NCBI GenBank assembly: GCA_965655095.1
Contig: OZ296648.1
Location: forward strand, 152,210,001-152,274,000
Length of the DNA: 64,000 nt
From: Haplodiscus bocki
Lineage: Eukaryota
Direction: 5' to 3'
The notes beneath the pieces were generated by a model. It was given only the letters and a program-made list of their open reading frames with translations. It searched no databases and was not told the origin of the DNA. Both the position numbers and the translations under genes were made by a program. This document shows, one piece after another, positions 1 through 13,244 of the stretch (position 1 is the stretch's first letter; the number at the start of each line of letters is the position of its first letter).

Positions 1-1200
1 TGGGGTCGAGAGTTATCTTTCAGAGAAGCTTATCCCCACGCTCACCGGAAGAGATGCCCCTAATGAGACACAAAGAGAGCTGCTCTCACTACCACTGAGA
101 ATGGGTGGTCTCAACATCCAAATGCCATTAGATTACTCTGAGAACTTCAAGTGGTCCAAGATGACTTCTGAAGCCCTGGAAAAGGTTACCCCGGTGGTAG
201 CTGAAATCATCCAAAATCGGATCCTGAGCCACATCAAAACTGCCGAAGAAAGATTGAACAAGGCAAAACTTCACAGTATCAAATCAAAATTGAGCGAAGA
301 AGGGACTTACGCTTTAAATCTGGCATCCGAGAAAAGCTCCTCAAGCTGGCTGAACGCCCTACCTTTTGAAAGATACGGGTTCAACCTCACGAAGGGCGAA
401 TTCAGGGATGGGATATGTTTTAGATACAGCTGGGAGCCCATAAACACGCCTGCGAAATGCCCCTGTTCTCAAAAGTTCTCAATGGCACAAGCCTTGCACT
501 ACCCCTAAGGAGGATATACAATTATGCGCCACAACGAGATTAAGGATACCTTTGCCAATCTGATGGATGAATTTTGCCACGACGTTCAGATCGAGCCCGT
601 GCTTCAGGAGCTGCAAGGGGAGACCTTTGACAACAAAACCACCTTCTCTGACGAGGAAGTTCAACCTGACATCAAAACAAATGGACTCTGGGGACAAAGA
701 TTTGAGCGAACGTTTTTTGATGTGAAGATCTTCAACCCGCTTGCAAAGAGTTGCCCTAGAGAGATCAAGGAGGCATACAAATACCACGAGAATATCAAAA
801 AATTGAAATATGAAGACCGTATCCGCGAAGTCGACAACAGCAGCTTCAACCCGATTGTATTTGCTTGCACTGGAGGAGCAGGACCCTCAGCAAATAGAAT
901 CATGAAAAAGCTGGCAGAAAAAATTAGCATCAAGAAGAAAGAGAGCTACCCAGACACCCTCTCCTACATCCGGACTAGAGTTGGATTCGCCCTTATTAAG
1001 AATGCTATGCTCTGCATAAGAGGCTGCAGATCCCTGAAACCCCCTGTGCCTATAAACTATACTTCCGTATCCCCAATGATGTCAGAAGCTGAAATAAATC
1101 AATAGAATTCCACCTGAGAGCATTCCAAATGAGTACTCTAAGAGAACTATTTTTTTGATTTATTTGGTACATATTACTTATTGACTGTATCTAAGATACA
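1..1200 (+). mobile_element. CRE-clade non-LTR retrotransposon, 3' part (RT thumb region, CCHC knuckle, restriction-like endonuclease), disrupted
   Basis: ORFs 101-508 and 524-1105 read ...SSSWLNALP..FRDGICFRY..CPCS..HALH/YP*GGY-RHNEIKD..EPVLQEL.GE..PDIKTNGLWG..FFDVKIFNP..KKLKY..FNPIVFACTGG. This is the PD-(D/E)xK RLE signature typical of CRE-like elements. In-frame stop at 506-508. Confidence 0.88.
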
Positions 1201-1239
1201 AAATGAATTCAGTTTTTCTTTGAGATTAAAAGGAAGAAT

Positions 1240-2850
1240 CTAATGATTATTGGAATGTATAAAGGTGTTGTAGCAACTTATTGAACTTTAGTCGATTTGA
1301 CCTTCGGCCAGAATGCAGATCGCGTTTTCAATGGTGTTCGTCGATTTAAGGAATCTGCATCCTCTGATGCATAGAATGGAGCTCTTCAAAAGTGCAAAAC
1401 TTATTTTCGTCCGGATGAATGACATCACATCGGAGAATTTTTCTTCCCTTTTCTCGGAGATTTTCTGGGCCAGTCGTTCCATGGCCTTAGTCGCCTAAGG
1501 ACCTGCGCCTCCAGTTAACCAAAACACGATGGCGTTGAAAGTCCTGTTCTCGACGTCTCTAATCCTCTGTTCATATTTGAGTTTTTTGAGTTCTTCGTGG
1601 TATTTGTAAGAGTCTCGTATGGTTTTGAGGCAGCTCTTCGCTAGCGGTTTGTAGATCTTGACATCGAAGAATGTTCTTTCAAAGACTGTTCCCCAGAGAC
1701 CATTGGCCTTTATGTCAGGACGGGCGTCGTCCGTTGCAGTAGAGTTTCTATCGAAAGTTTCCCCATCCAGGGGTTGCAGTAACGGTTCGACGGCCACGTC
1801 GCAGAAGACCTTATTCATCAAGTTCGCGAATGTGTCCTTTATTTGTTTGTAACGAACTATTGTGTAGCCGCCTTTAGGGCAGTGCAAGGCATGAATCAGA
1901 CAGAAACTCTCTTCGCATGGGCAGTTGAGTTGGGCGCTTTTTGATTTCAAACTGAATCTAAGGCCGAGACCGTTTCGAAATTCAGATTTATTCAATTGAA
2001 ATCCGTATCGCTTCAGCGGGAGTACATTCAACCAGGCCGATGCTTCTTTTTCCGATGCTCTTCTTTTGAGTGCATATCTCTGCACCGTGCTTTTTTAAGG
2101 TTTGATATTTTCTTGGCGACTTTCTTCTTCTTCGCGTTTTATAGATCATCGAGGGTGCGCTTCTGCCAGAGTTCTGCTGTCAGAGGAATTTTGTCTTCCA
2201 GTGGCTCGGATAACTTCTTTGACAGTTTGTAGTCGTCGTGATGGTTTTCTGGGCAGTCTAAGGTTAGTCCTCCAGACTTGAGTTGCAGTGAGAATACTTC
2301 TTTTTCTACTGGTAAGGCTTCTCCTCCTGAGGTTAGCGCCGGAATGATGCTTTCTCTGAATATTGCTTCACATGTTTCCAAAAGGGCTGACGAGGAACGT
2401 GTTGTTCGGGTAAAGAGGTTCATTTTCTGTTTGACCCCTTTGGTAAGGCACGCATACACCTTCTGCGGATTCATTTTAGCGATGTCTGCTTGTTCCGATA
2501 GCAGTTTTTCTGCTGTGCGCTCTTGCCGTCGAAGAACTTGTCGCATGTTTCTTGTGTGCCTATGATTGAGCCTAGTACTCCGGTTCCGAGCGTTGTTTGC
2601 AGGTTTGATCAAGCAAACGTCTCCAGGGCGAGATCCATTTTCTTTTTTTCACTATCACTTGGCTTTTTGTGGGCGTTGACGAATTATCCATATCCTGGGC
2701 CTTCGCTTTTTAGAGCCTTGAACGTTTCATATAGGTAGGATATCGGTTCGCGCGCATTTCCATCATCCCATCATCTGCATACCATTTATGGATTACGTTC
2801 ACCTTTGCGATTTTCTGTGTCAGGGGGAGGATCGCAGCTCCGTACATGCA
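1240..2850 (-). mobile_element. Second CRE-clade retrotransposon, 5'-truncated in RT, frameshifted
   Basis: Minus strand KWYADDG at ~2765-2787. ORF 1495-2085 has AWLNVLP, CPC..HALHCPKGGY, ARPDIKANGLWG, FFDVKIY, LTGGAGP. ORF 1288-1482 is the C-terminus, paralogous to 524-1105. Confidence 0.88.
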
Positions 2851-2949
2851 CATTTTATTAGTTTGTTACTACTAATAAAATACTTAATTCTGTTGTGGTA
2901 ATACAAGATTGTGATATATGAAGTTTACAAATGCTTTTTAAGTCAAGGA

Positions 2950-3860
2950 ATTACAGTGATTTCAGTCACAATCTAGAGTCCAAAACTTTATTAGACTTTC
3001 ATTGAAGCAGAAAGTTGTTCGTTGTTGAAAATATTTAGTTAAAGCAGACTTCACAGTTTAAGGATGGTCACGTAAATCTAGTCTCATTTCTGATAGCTTG
3101 TTGGCAATTTGCCAGGCGACACCAAAGAAAGAAATTTTTTTCATCCTCGGTTTGCGTTTATTCATATTTTTGAAGCAAAGGTAGCGTTCAGAGCGGTTGT
3201 AAAGGACAGGAGTGAATATAAATGTATTTTGTTGAATCTGAAAAGAAAAAACCGTTGAAAATTTTGCGGAGGGAAACCATTTGTCTAATCATGATAGTGT
3301 AGCAGACTGGTAAAGAACTCGATGTAAAAAGGAGAGGTCGGTATATGTGATTCTCGACAGCCCATTTTCGAGCTCGTTCTCGAGACTGAAGAAGAAAGGA
3401 TTTTTTCTAACAACCATCTTTGGTCTCAATTGCCATCAGGAGGCTCTAACACGATCGAAGTCGGTTATTTTCTATTTGAATTCAAAAACGAAGAATAGAT
3501 TTTTTGGCACGACGCAATAAATAACCCTTTATCGTCGGATCAGAACAACTCCTAAAGTCTCTACTCGAGAAGAGAAAAAGAACAAATTCAAACCTTTATC
3601 GAGAAGACTAAATTCAATAATTTACTGTCAAAGAGACAGAACACACAATACTTACCAGTATCTAAAAACTTGCCTCTAGTCAGCATCACCTGAGATATCA
3701 TTTCAAAACGGAAAAAAAACAAATAGGAATTAAAAAGCATCAACCACTTCATCAACCTAATACCACTGAGTTGAAAACCTTCTTTATCATGCCAAAGCAA
3801 AAAGGAGTTGCGATGCGGACTTTGGGGAAAAACATCCTAAACGTCTAAACAACAGAAGAA
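2950..3860 (+). mobile_element. Highly decayed Penelope-like element RT fragment
   Basis: Degenerate colinear matches to Penelope RT motifs: VK.S.QF (~3040), SFDV.SLF-like (~3085), F.G..Y.Q.DGVA-like (~3265-3305), KFT.E.E-like (~3555), RK.THT.QYL...S.HP (~3635-3690). Confidence 0.5.
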
Positions 3861-4056
3861 GGAAAAACTTTAAACTCCTTGTGCAGAGCCAGAACAGTGT
3901 CAATTGAGTAAGTTTAGCATTCTTGTTAAAGGCTTGGAACTGAGTTGCTGTTTATCCTACGGACCGAATCTTGAGTACTAGGTTACAGGAGAGACAGTTT
4001 CGTGTTTTATGAGCCTTTTCTTCATTTATGTCAAACAAAACTAGGTTTCAATCGTA

Positions 4057-4921
4057 GTGGACTCGCTCTCATGTTGCCAAACATGCGAAAAAGGAATTCC
4101 AGCAAACGAGGAAGACTTTCACTGTTTCACTAGCCGGTGTAGGATGCATCTCAACGAGAAAAGCACACAGCTTAGTAAAACCGCAATCTTGGGGATAAAA
4201 GAGCTGGGCCAAAATGCACTCCGCCTCTCCAACAACTGTGTTGCTCTGCGAAAGGCGATGGTCTAATTGAAACCGCATCCAAAATTCAACAGCCGGCGCC
4301 CATTGAGGATAAATAGGTCAAGCCGCTACAAACTGAAGTGAATGATGTTGGGAAAGTGATAACTGACCTTAAAGTATCTACCGAGCAAAAGCTAAGTGAA
4401 CTTCCTAAACCATCTCTGCCAATCATCGAGACAGCAGACACCGCAAAGGAATTTGACGGAATAAGAACACGAGGTCTTCAAAAAAGTGACGTTGAAAGTT
4501 CTAGAGAAAGAAACGGGAGAAAGATGAGTCAAGTAAAAGCTATTCCAAACCTTCTAGAAATTGACTGCGAAATCACAGAACTACAAGGAAAGAACAACAA
4601 CAAGTAAACGGTAATAGAACACTAGTGTTCAAAGTTGCAAATAAATGGCATCTGAATCTTATCTTGCTCTCAGTCGCGGAACTAAAAAATCACAGTCAAC
4701 AAGTCTTTATAAGCAGAGAAATTAATGTTACAGAAGCGAAACTCCAGATGAAAACTCTCAATAAAAGGAAGGAGATAATAGAAAACAGGACCATTCGGAC
4801 GCATGTCAGAATACGTGACCTAAAGTTATATGAAAAAATAAAAAAAAACATGGCAAGAAGTAGAAACAAGCAAAAACTAAAATTCAGGAATATGACTAAC
4901 TGCTCCACCAGTACAAAATGA
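4057..4921 (+). pseudogene. LINE ORF1 (PHD-like zinc finger, coiled coil, C-terminal domain), fragmented
   Basis: ORFs 4057-4266, 4338-4607 and 4625-4921. Cys/His pattern at the N-terminus and a 'VFISREIN..E' motif typical of CR1/L2 ORF1 C-termini. Confidence 0.7.
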
Positions 4922-4924
4922 CCG

Positions 4925-7766
4925 AGTCATTCTTCTCAACAATGTTCGGAGCTCGGTTGATCTAAGTCAACGAATGTGTCTCTCCATGGCAATTTCAATA
5001 AGTGATTACTATGACCTTCTCAACTTAACGGAAACTTGGCTAAAAAGTGCAATTCCCGACATCGCATTATTTTTGAATAGCTAATCTATACATAGAGACG
5101 ACAGACTCTCAATAGACCCTAGAAGCAAAGACGAAGGCGTACTAATAGCTATAAACGCGTATATTCCACACACTAGAAATCGCATTGAACCAAAGTACTT
5201 AGAAACAGTCACAGTAGGAATCTGTTTACATGAAACCGTTTATCATATTTGTTGTTTCTACAGTGCGCCGATACCAAGCGAGTACCGGGTTCCTCTGCAA
5301 CCATTGATTGATTTGATAGACTTGCTCACAGCCGAGTCAAAAAAACACGGATGTGAAACTATACTCATCCTAGGTGATATCAACTTTGAAAACACAAATT
5401 GGGAGCAAATGCAATCAAATGACTACAGCGAAGATCTCGTTGAAAAAAACTTTCCGAAAACAGTTTCCAACAAGTAATAACTACTAAGAGCAAACTACTG
5501 GACGTTGTTCTGACAAATAACACTGACCCCGTTTTAAACGTCTCTGTTGATAGTAGAGTGAAGACACTTTATAAGTCCGACCACCTGCCATATAGGGCGA
5601 AACTTTCAGGACAAAGCTGGTACCGAGCGGAATTCAGAAAGAAGGAAGCCTAGAAAAACGACTTCACAGTCTCTTCTTACACAGGAGCTGATTGGGTCTT
5701 TTTACCCAAACACATTGAAGGAAATCTTTTTGTCCCATTTTGTCTCATCAATGTGGAGATTATGGTTTTGCTGTGGTATGAGTGGCTATGCAAATGTTTT
5801 CAATCTCACATCCCAAAGAAGACAGGACACAGAAGTAGTTTTGCTCCCTGAGTATCAAACGTAACCTCCAATCTCAATAAAAGGAAGCAAAGGTGGCAGA
5901 AGGCACCTCAAAGACAAGCCAATGAAAACCGTCAAAGGAAATTATAAGCGCTGAGTGGGAAAATACTTCCAGTTCTGGAGGCTGATCAACTTAACTTCGA
6001 GAATACAGTTTTTGACGGTGCAAAGTTCTCAGAGAATCAGAAATAATTCAAAAGAATATTACGTAATTCCCGGCGGAAATGCTTGGAAAATGAAATTGGC
6101 ACAACAGATCTGGAAAAAAATGAGCTTTTCAACATCTTTGAGCAATCTGTCTTCAACTGATTACCAGTTCAATTTTGCGCAGTTCAACTGACTACCAAAG
6201 CAAAGCAGAACTCAATTCACCAATGAAAATTGAGAAAAAGCTTTTCACTCTATCCGAAACTGAATCTGCTCTTGAACACCTCGATGTTGCCAAAGCAAAA
6301 GGTCCCGATGGGCTAAGCATTTTACCGCTCAAAAAGCTATCAAACTCACTGTCCAAATCAATATCACTAGTCTTCAGCACAATTGAAAAGAAACATGCAT
6401 ATCCAATTGCCTGGAAAACCAGCGAAGTCTCACACTTATTCAAAGACGGCGATAAACAAAACGTACCTAATTACTGCTTCATCTCTCTTCTCTCCTGCAC
6501 TTCAAAAGCTCTAGAGACTTTAATCTTTGGAAAACTTTATGAAGTAATCAAAAACATGAAGGCCCCTGAACAATGCGCCTTCCGCGAAAACCGTTCGTCG
6601 ATCACGCAGATAATTATATATATGATGAAATTAATAACAATCTTAACCCGACAACCTTAGCAACCATGTACTTGGACTTCGAAAAAGCCATCGACAAGGT
6701 CTCCCATGGAAAGATATTGGAAAAGAAGACAAACACAGGCATCAGAGGAGGTGTACTAGAACTAAACGAAAGCTATCTGAAAGGAAGAAAGCAGAAAGTT
6801 AAAATTGGATTATCTGTCTCAAGTGAATTTTTTGTTCAAAGTGGAGTCCCACAAGGATCTGTACTTGGACTTTTTTTATGATTCTGATTAAAGATCTTCC
6901 AAAATGTGTTATGTCAACATGCTTTGGATATGCCGATGACTATAGGTACATGGCAAAAAACGGGACAACACTTCAAATTGACGCCCATAAAATATGGAAA
7001 TGGTGCTCCATTAATCTCATGAGCCTTAATCTGAAAAAAGTAAAGTTCTTTGTTTGGAAGGTGTAGCAAAAGTCACTATACAAATTCATCAACTTGAAAA
7101 CAGTATCGTTGAAAAAGATTTGGGCATCATGATCTCAAACGATCTAACCTGGACAGCACAGGCAGAAAGAAGATGCGCAAAAACCTTGAAAGCCTTTCCA
7201 CTATCAAACGAAATTTTGCCAATGGCCACCCCGGATAACTAGAAAGAATCTTTACCGTAGCTACATTGTACCAATATTATATTATGGTGCATTAACTTGG
7301 AAACCAAGTAAAGCAGACCTAAAGTCAATCTAATCAATACATTTTAAGCAAGCAAATGGATACTGGGAACTAGTCAGCTAGAAAACAAGGAGCGATTAGG
7401 ACAAGTTAATCTTCTACCCCTCGCTTTGTACCACGAAATGCATGTCTTTTTGTTGTTTTTACAAATCGTCTTGAATACGTACGATCGTGAATGAAAGAAA
7501 TAAGAGTTTTTGAACAATTTCAAACAAAACAAGCAAGTGACTTTTGGATGCGATCGGTTTATTTGGCGGACTTATTTGGAACCTACTTCGGAACAAACGT
7601 CAACGAGTTGCAAAGCCCGAAAGTGATGATTTCCTATGTTTATTTCATGTATTTCGAAAAACAAATTGATCCTGGAATTAAGTCTACATGGTGGCTGTCC
7701 TGCTTTTGCACAGACTGTAGAACTGTTCGAAAAGTAGACTTTGACAGAAAAGACTTGGGAAACTAA
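4925..7766 (+). pseudogene. LINE ORF2 (apurinic endonuclease + reverse transcriptase), multiple frameshifts
   Basis: APE motifs at 4940-5585. RT fragments in ORFs 6175-6660, 6573-6881, 6878-7066, 7054-7242. C-terminal W..C.C..C in ORF 7491-7766. Confidence 0.9.
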
Positions 7767-7805
7767 AAATTTCTTGGGGCATTTAGCACTAAATTCAGTT
7801 TTTAT

Positions 7806-7838
7806 AGTATTATTATTGTTTATTATTATTATTAATAT
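7806..7838 (+). repeat. (TAT)n microsatellite 3' tail of LINE
   Basis: agtattattattgtttattattattattaata immediately after ORF2 and a short 3' UTR. Confidence 0.8.
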
Positions 7839-7839
7839 T

Positions 7840-10062
7840 AATAAGAGTTAACATTTCGCTCAGGTTTCCAATCGGAGCGACCCAAACCGTAACGCCGGAA
7901 AAACATCCTAAAGAAAACGTGGGTCTCTACGAGGTTGAATTTCAGACTCCTGGTTGCAATAAAAAGAACAGTTCTGCGTAAGAAGTGAAGAGCGCTACTC
8001 ATTTCGAAACATAAAAAAATATATGAGTTTTCCATTTGAAATCTTTGGAGATTATAACATAAAGATCTTTGATAGACAAATTAATTCCACCAAAAATAGA
8101 AAGAGGGTCATTTGCCCGGCTGTTGAAAGCAAAATTTTTACATATAGTCTAATGTATCAGTATTTGATTTTTTGATGACCACTCATGAAATAAGGCAATT
8201 TGATGAACAAAATTAGCGTTATTTTAGGTAACAAGTTTGGTATCGTCAGCGTAAAAAAGATCGGGCATTCAAAGTATTTTGATATGTCAGCAATAAACGA
8301 GACAAAGAGGGTTAACCTGAGGACACTGCCCTAAGGTACTCCGCTTGAAAGGGGCATAATGCTTGAAATCGTTTGTCTTACACGCACAAATTGATACCTG
8401 TTAGAAAGACAAGATGAAAGAAGTTATAAAAAAATCTTCATTCAGGCCAAAATTAGAAAGTCTTGTGATCAACCTAGAGGGAGGAACAGAGTCACAATCT
8501 GTATGAAGGTCGGAGTAGGCCGCAGTTGGAAAGTTGACACAACCGACAGCAGGTAAAACTTCTTGTATGTAGGCATTAATTTGAGTAACCAATGACTTCT
8601 TCGTTACAAAGTCATGTTGAGTTGAATTGAAACTCTTTATCAAATTGTTCAATAAAAACGCATTAAATGTTTGCTCAATTGCGAAAGAAAAAGGCGGTAG
8701 GATTTATATTGGTCTCCAGTTTTCAATTTTTTTTTACAAAAGCCCAATTTTTTGCATAGGCTGTTCAATCGAGATTTGCCATTCAGGAGCCGTTGACAAG
8801 ACTTCAGAAATTTGTACAATAGTGTTAAAACTAGAAGAGGAGGACATCCTTTAGGCAATGGAATACAATTGGAGGGACAGGATCGCTTGACTGGTGGCTG
8901 TTACTTTTAGCTAGAAAGATTCCTAAAAGAATTGATTGAAAGAACAGTATCTGTAAACTTAACACTATTGAGGATTTTTTTCCGCAACCAGGGTCTCATG
9001 AAATTGTTCCAATGGTAAAGGCGTGGTGAAATTTAATGCAATGAAATTGTTGAAAACTTCAGTTATTTCAAAGTTGATAGTTACTGGGTTTCATTGGTAG
9101 AGGAGTTTGTAAGGAAAAATTGAGTTACTTTTGAAGTGCCTGATGAACTTTTAGGCTTGGTTTACTTTTTTCGGAGAGCATGAAAAAAACAAAAGATTTT
9201 GTCCAATTCAATGGACTCGGTGAAGGCATGTTTTACTTAAACAACTTGCAGATCTTTTGTTTTCAAATCAGAAAGAAGCTCATTGGCCAAATGAATACTA
9301 TGTATAGGAAACACTCGTGAAACGCCGTGGCGAGTTTCTGGCGCCAAAATTGCCTGCCCTTTTCTCATTTTGAAAACAATTTTTAAAAAAGCTCCATCTT
9401 TACTACTGCTCCTTTAAACTCTCTAGCACAGGTGTTTTTTTAACAGAAGTCACAGATCCATATAAACCAAGATAAACTGGCAGCACTTGAATCTTTTTGT
9501 AAACACAATTATGAGTTTACTCATCACCTAAAACACTAAATCCGAAAAGTTCAACTATCATATTGCCATATGTTTCCATTTGGCCCAAATGTTGCATTGT
9601 GTGAGATAGTCTTTGGTGCGTCAGTGGCAAATCATCTTTTGTAGCCCTGAGACAATTTTTACTCGTTGCGGAAGTTCACTTGTCATGAAACACTGGGTTT
9701 CAGAGGTTGTAATAGCACTACCGATACGAGAAGGTAATGAGAGGAATTACTGTTTCCAAATCATCTGCGTCATCCTTCAATGTAGTGAGTGGGCGCGCAT
9801 TCACTGTTCCATCGACCAAACACATGGCAGTGCTCAAAACGTATAAGGCAAAACACCTCGTGTCCACGATAGAATGCAGGGATTTCTAGCAACTTCAAAA
9901 AATTCGTTCCCAAGCGCCATCAAAAATAACTGCCCCCTTCATGAACTTTCAACCCCAGTGAATAGAAATCTTTTCGAATTCACGTTTAGAACCCATGAGG
10001 TTGGTGCCATTATGACCAAGACGCCTGGGTGCTGTCCCACACATAGCCATGAATCTCGTTTT
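7840..10062 (-). mobile_element. Older CR1/L2-group LINE ORF2 fragment (APE-RT), truncated at both ends
   Basis: Minus strand SGVP*GSVL at ~8310-8346, LLLTY (FADD position) at ~8285, YSDLHTDCDSVP..LITRL (ORF 8401-8652), YRLFLS (ORF 8649-8858), and APE 'SWLC' at ~10040-10057. Confidence 0.8.
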
Positions 10063-12597
10063 TTTCCTTGATGCATGCATCTGCCCCCACTAACTCAACC
10101 AATTCAATGTGAATAACTCGTGTAGTTAAACAGGTAAGAAAGCAGCTCCAATACTTTGTTGTTTCTCTCTCGAAAAATTGAATCCGACCGGGCGGGAGTA
10201 GTCAATTCCAAGGTTGTGGAAAGCAATAGGAAACTCAATTGACACTAATGTTTTGCAAACTGAGATTTTTCGGCTGTATTGGTTGTGCTGCAGAAATTCT
10301 AAACTTGATACGTCTCCGTTTGATGCTGCGTAAAACATTACGTAGTCCAGTTATCCAAAATTCGACGTACCCAAAGCCTTAAAAGTCAATATGTGATTCT
10401 GTCATCATCAAAACCATCACGGGAATCTTAGCAGAGACTAACATTGGATGCTTCGACTGTCAGGTTAGGCTCAACTTTCTTCGTCGGCCTGGCAACCGGA
10501 CTCCGTCGATATCTAATAATGGAGACAATTTTATCAAATCATGTGCTATATTCTCATGTGTTCTCTGGGATAAGTACGTTGAAAGCACCTGGCAGACTTT
10601 TTTTGAGCCAGATGCAACACTGAAAACTTGGCGCGCTCTATCTCAATACCATCGATTGGGCCATTCTGTTTGCTGTCAGCTCTGAAACAGTATGCAGAAA
10701 CTTTGATTGGTCTTCGAAAGTTATTATATAGTTTGTCCAGTCGTTGACCTGAGGTTCCCTCGCTTGAGTCAAAAACGTAGTGTTAACATTTCGAGTCACT
10801 TTCTGGAGAGAATTTTCTGCTCTGGTCATTTTCAGGAATTTTGCGAAGCCAGTCCTGCTCTGTTAGGCATTCGGTAGCAAGCAATTAGCTTCTTTTTAAT
10901 GCTGGTGTTCCTATGTCAGCACGATTTAGCGTCCTTTCACATTTCTCCATTATTCGATTGTTGAGCTATCCATATAACGTCAACTCTGTTTAGCACAAAC
11001 ACCTGCTGTTTGTTGCCGGCTCAACATAACCACTGCAACCTTGTCAAAGAGTCACACCAACGACAAATGTTCACAGTTGCGATGTCAAGGTCTTCTTTAA
11101 AAAGTCGCCTTAATCTTGCGGCATAAAGCGCTGCTTGGATTGCTATATTAGGTAGGGTTTCTTTTTTCGTGGGTGTAGTTTGGCATTTCATTTACAATGA
11201 AGTTGATTACTTTCGATTTTGGGCTTTACTCTTATCCACATAGCTTCCAAAGTCCCGTCCATGAAAATACGAAGATCAACTGATTCCAGTTTTTATTGGA
11301 AGTAATGATCTAGCCAAATTCATATTTTCGTTTGCTGCAGTTTTTTCCGCCACATTGTCGAAACGTGATTTTTTGTCTCGGGCCATCTCGTCATCCCATT
11401 GTTGTCCGACTTTGAGCCATATGGTTTCCAACAGAAGTCGCATTAGCAATGAAGAAGTGGAATACATTCTCAGTGGATCAAAAACAGACGCCACAAATGA
11501 GAAGGAAAACAAAACACGCTGATTGTTTTTACTTGATACTTCTTTAACTGCTTCCAAAGTGACCTCGAGAGCGTTTGCTTGTGGATGAGGCCTTGGTTCA
11601 ACCAGGAAAGTCTTGATAGTTTTTCTCTCTTTTTTAGCTTTGTTGTCAAAGGATCCCATCACAGCATTGCTGCTATTGAGTAATCACGTCAACTGGGATC
11701 AATTGTTGTGAACAGTTTTTTTGGATTGTTTGAAGAAGTTATTGACTCTTCATCTGTTGCAACTGACTACCCAAAATCATCCATGTACAATTCGTTTTGA
11801 TGGCGAGAGGTTCGGTGGGGTAGGGAATATCCTTATCGCGTCCAGTTTGTTGAAGGGCAAAAAAGGGTGAAAGTGGAGATTTCGCAACAAAAAAAATTGC
11901 GTTGTTGGTAGACAGTAATTTGACTCGCAAAATCGTAGCTATGATATCCGCGGTCAAAGCGAACATCTGCAGACGAAATTCAAAAACCATTCCCTAGAGG
12001 CTCTGTGGGAGATCTGGGCCAGCCATCAAATCGTCATTCAGTGTGAAACCTTTGTTTTTTGGAGGGGAAATACACAACCGTCCGAATTTTTTGGCTTTGA
12101 TTGGATTGAACAGAGGGTGATGAGGAAGCTACCATTGAGGTTCCATTTGGGATTTTTCCAATTTCATGGAATACGTTTTCGAACATCAGTGTCATTCAAG
12201 TCCATTTATATCGTTGCTTCAAAAAACCTTGGCAGATTAGAGTCCCTCTGAAACGTGGGCTCCAACCAACACAGTTGAAAATACACTGCGTAGGTTTTTT
12301 GGGGAAATTTTCATCGTCTACCCACAAAAAGTCAACTTCCAAACTTTCATCTGAAAGTTTGATTGTTCTCACTTATAACTCAAATGCCCTCCAGCCATTA
12401 CATGAGCAACCACCTACGTTACCGCTGGATACAGAAGGCCTGGAACTCCACCAGGTTCTAAGCTGATCGACTAGCTCATCATAATCACTGAATGAGAAAG
12501 TTGTTGCCATATGTGCACTTTCATGTTTTCGTAGAAATCCACTGATAGTCCGACTTTGTTTTGCTTTCACAACCCAAGGTTGTTTCCGCTGACGTTT
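10063..12597 (-). mobile_element. BEL/Pao LTR retrotransposon pol fragment (RT, RNase H, integrase N-part), decayed
   Basis: Minus strand W*LPHHP (~12115-12136), LNDDLMAGPDL (~12010-12043), FR...ALTADI (ORF 11739-11990), ASVFDPL and QQWDD (ORF 11276-11662), IFMDG RNase H (~11260), AFHNLGIDYSRP and TRVIHIELV integrase (10085-10230). Confidence 0.9.
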
Positions 12598-12797
12598 NNN
12601 NNNNNNNNNNNNNNNNNNNNNNNNNNNNNNNNNNNNNNNNNNNNNNNNNNNNNNNNNNNNNNNNNNNNNNNNNNNNNNNNNNNNNNNNNNNNNNNNNNNN
12701 NNNNNNNNNNNNNNNNNNNNNNNNNNNNNNNNNNNNNNNNNNNNNNNNNNNNNNNNNNNNNNNNNNNNNNNNNNNNNNNNNNNNNNNNNNNNNNNNN
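12598..12797. other. Assembly gap (200 N)
   Basis: Run of exactly 200 N; adjacency across it is not guaranteed. Confidence 1.
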
Positions 12798-13244
12798 AGT
12801 TGACTAAAAAGAACATTTCAACGCCTACCGGCCATCGGCAGTCACCTCTGGACTCTAAAAATTGCGTTTGCTAGGGTTTCTTCAGAAATTTGAATTCGAA
12901 AATCTTGACAAGAAAAGACATAAAATGAACGTCTAGTTCTTTTCTAAATAATAATAATAATTTTTTGGCATCTTCGTATAGAATATATTTGAAAGTTTCC
13001 TTCCACACCTTGATTGTTTCACAACATCTTTTCTATGCAAGAATCAGTCAAAATCGGCTGGAACAAAATTTAGACTGTCACTCATATACCTTGATGCGAA
13101 GATGTTGTGATTGCCAAGTCACCAAGATATAAAGAACATGTTCACTAAAAAAAGGTGTTATGATCTTCTGAAGGATTGCGGAAAGAAACATTCAACCTGT
13201 TTGGATGAAAGTGATGTTTTTCAAAACGACTGATGTTGCAAAAA

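Larger units (their letters stand above)
3900..7838 (+). mobile_element. Near full-length CR1/L2-group LINE (ORF1 with PHD-like finger, ORF2 APE-RT), decayed
   Basis: ORF1 has CCQTC..HC..RC..H..NNC. APE motifs NVRS, LTETWL, GVLIA, LGDINF, LLDVVL, SDH lie at 4940-5585. RT motifs KAKGPDG, YLDFEKAIDKVSH, SGVPQGSVLG, GYADD, KDLG. (TAT)n tail at ~7806-7838. Confidence 0.92.

Noticed and set aside
479-2738. Antisense ORFs overlapping the CRE elements
   Set aside because: Shadow frames of the retrotransposon coding strand.
12373-12816. ORFs spanning the N run
   Set aside because: Artefacts of translating the assembly gap.
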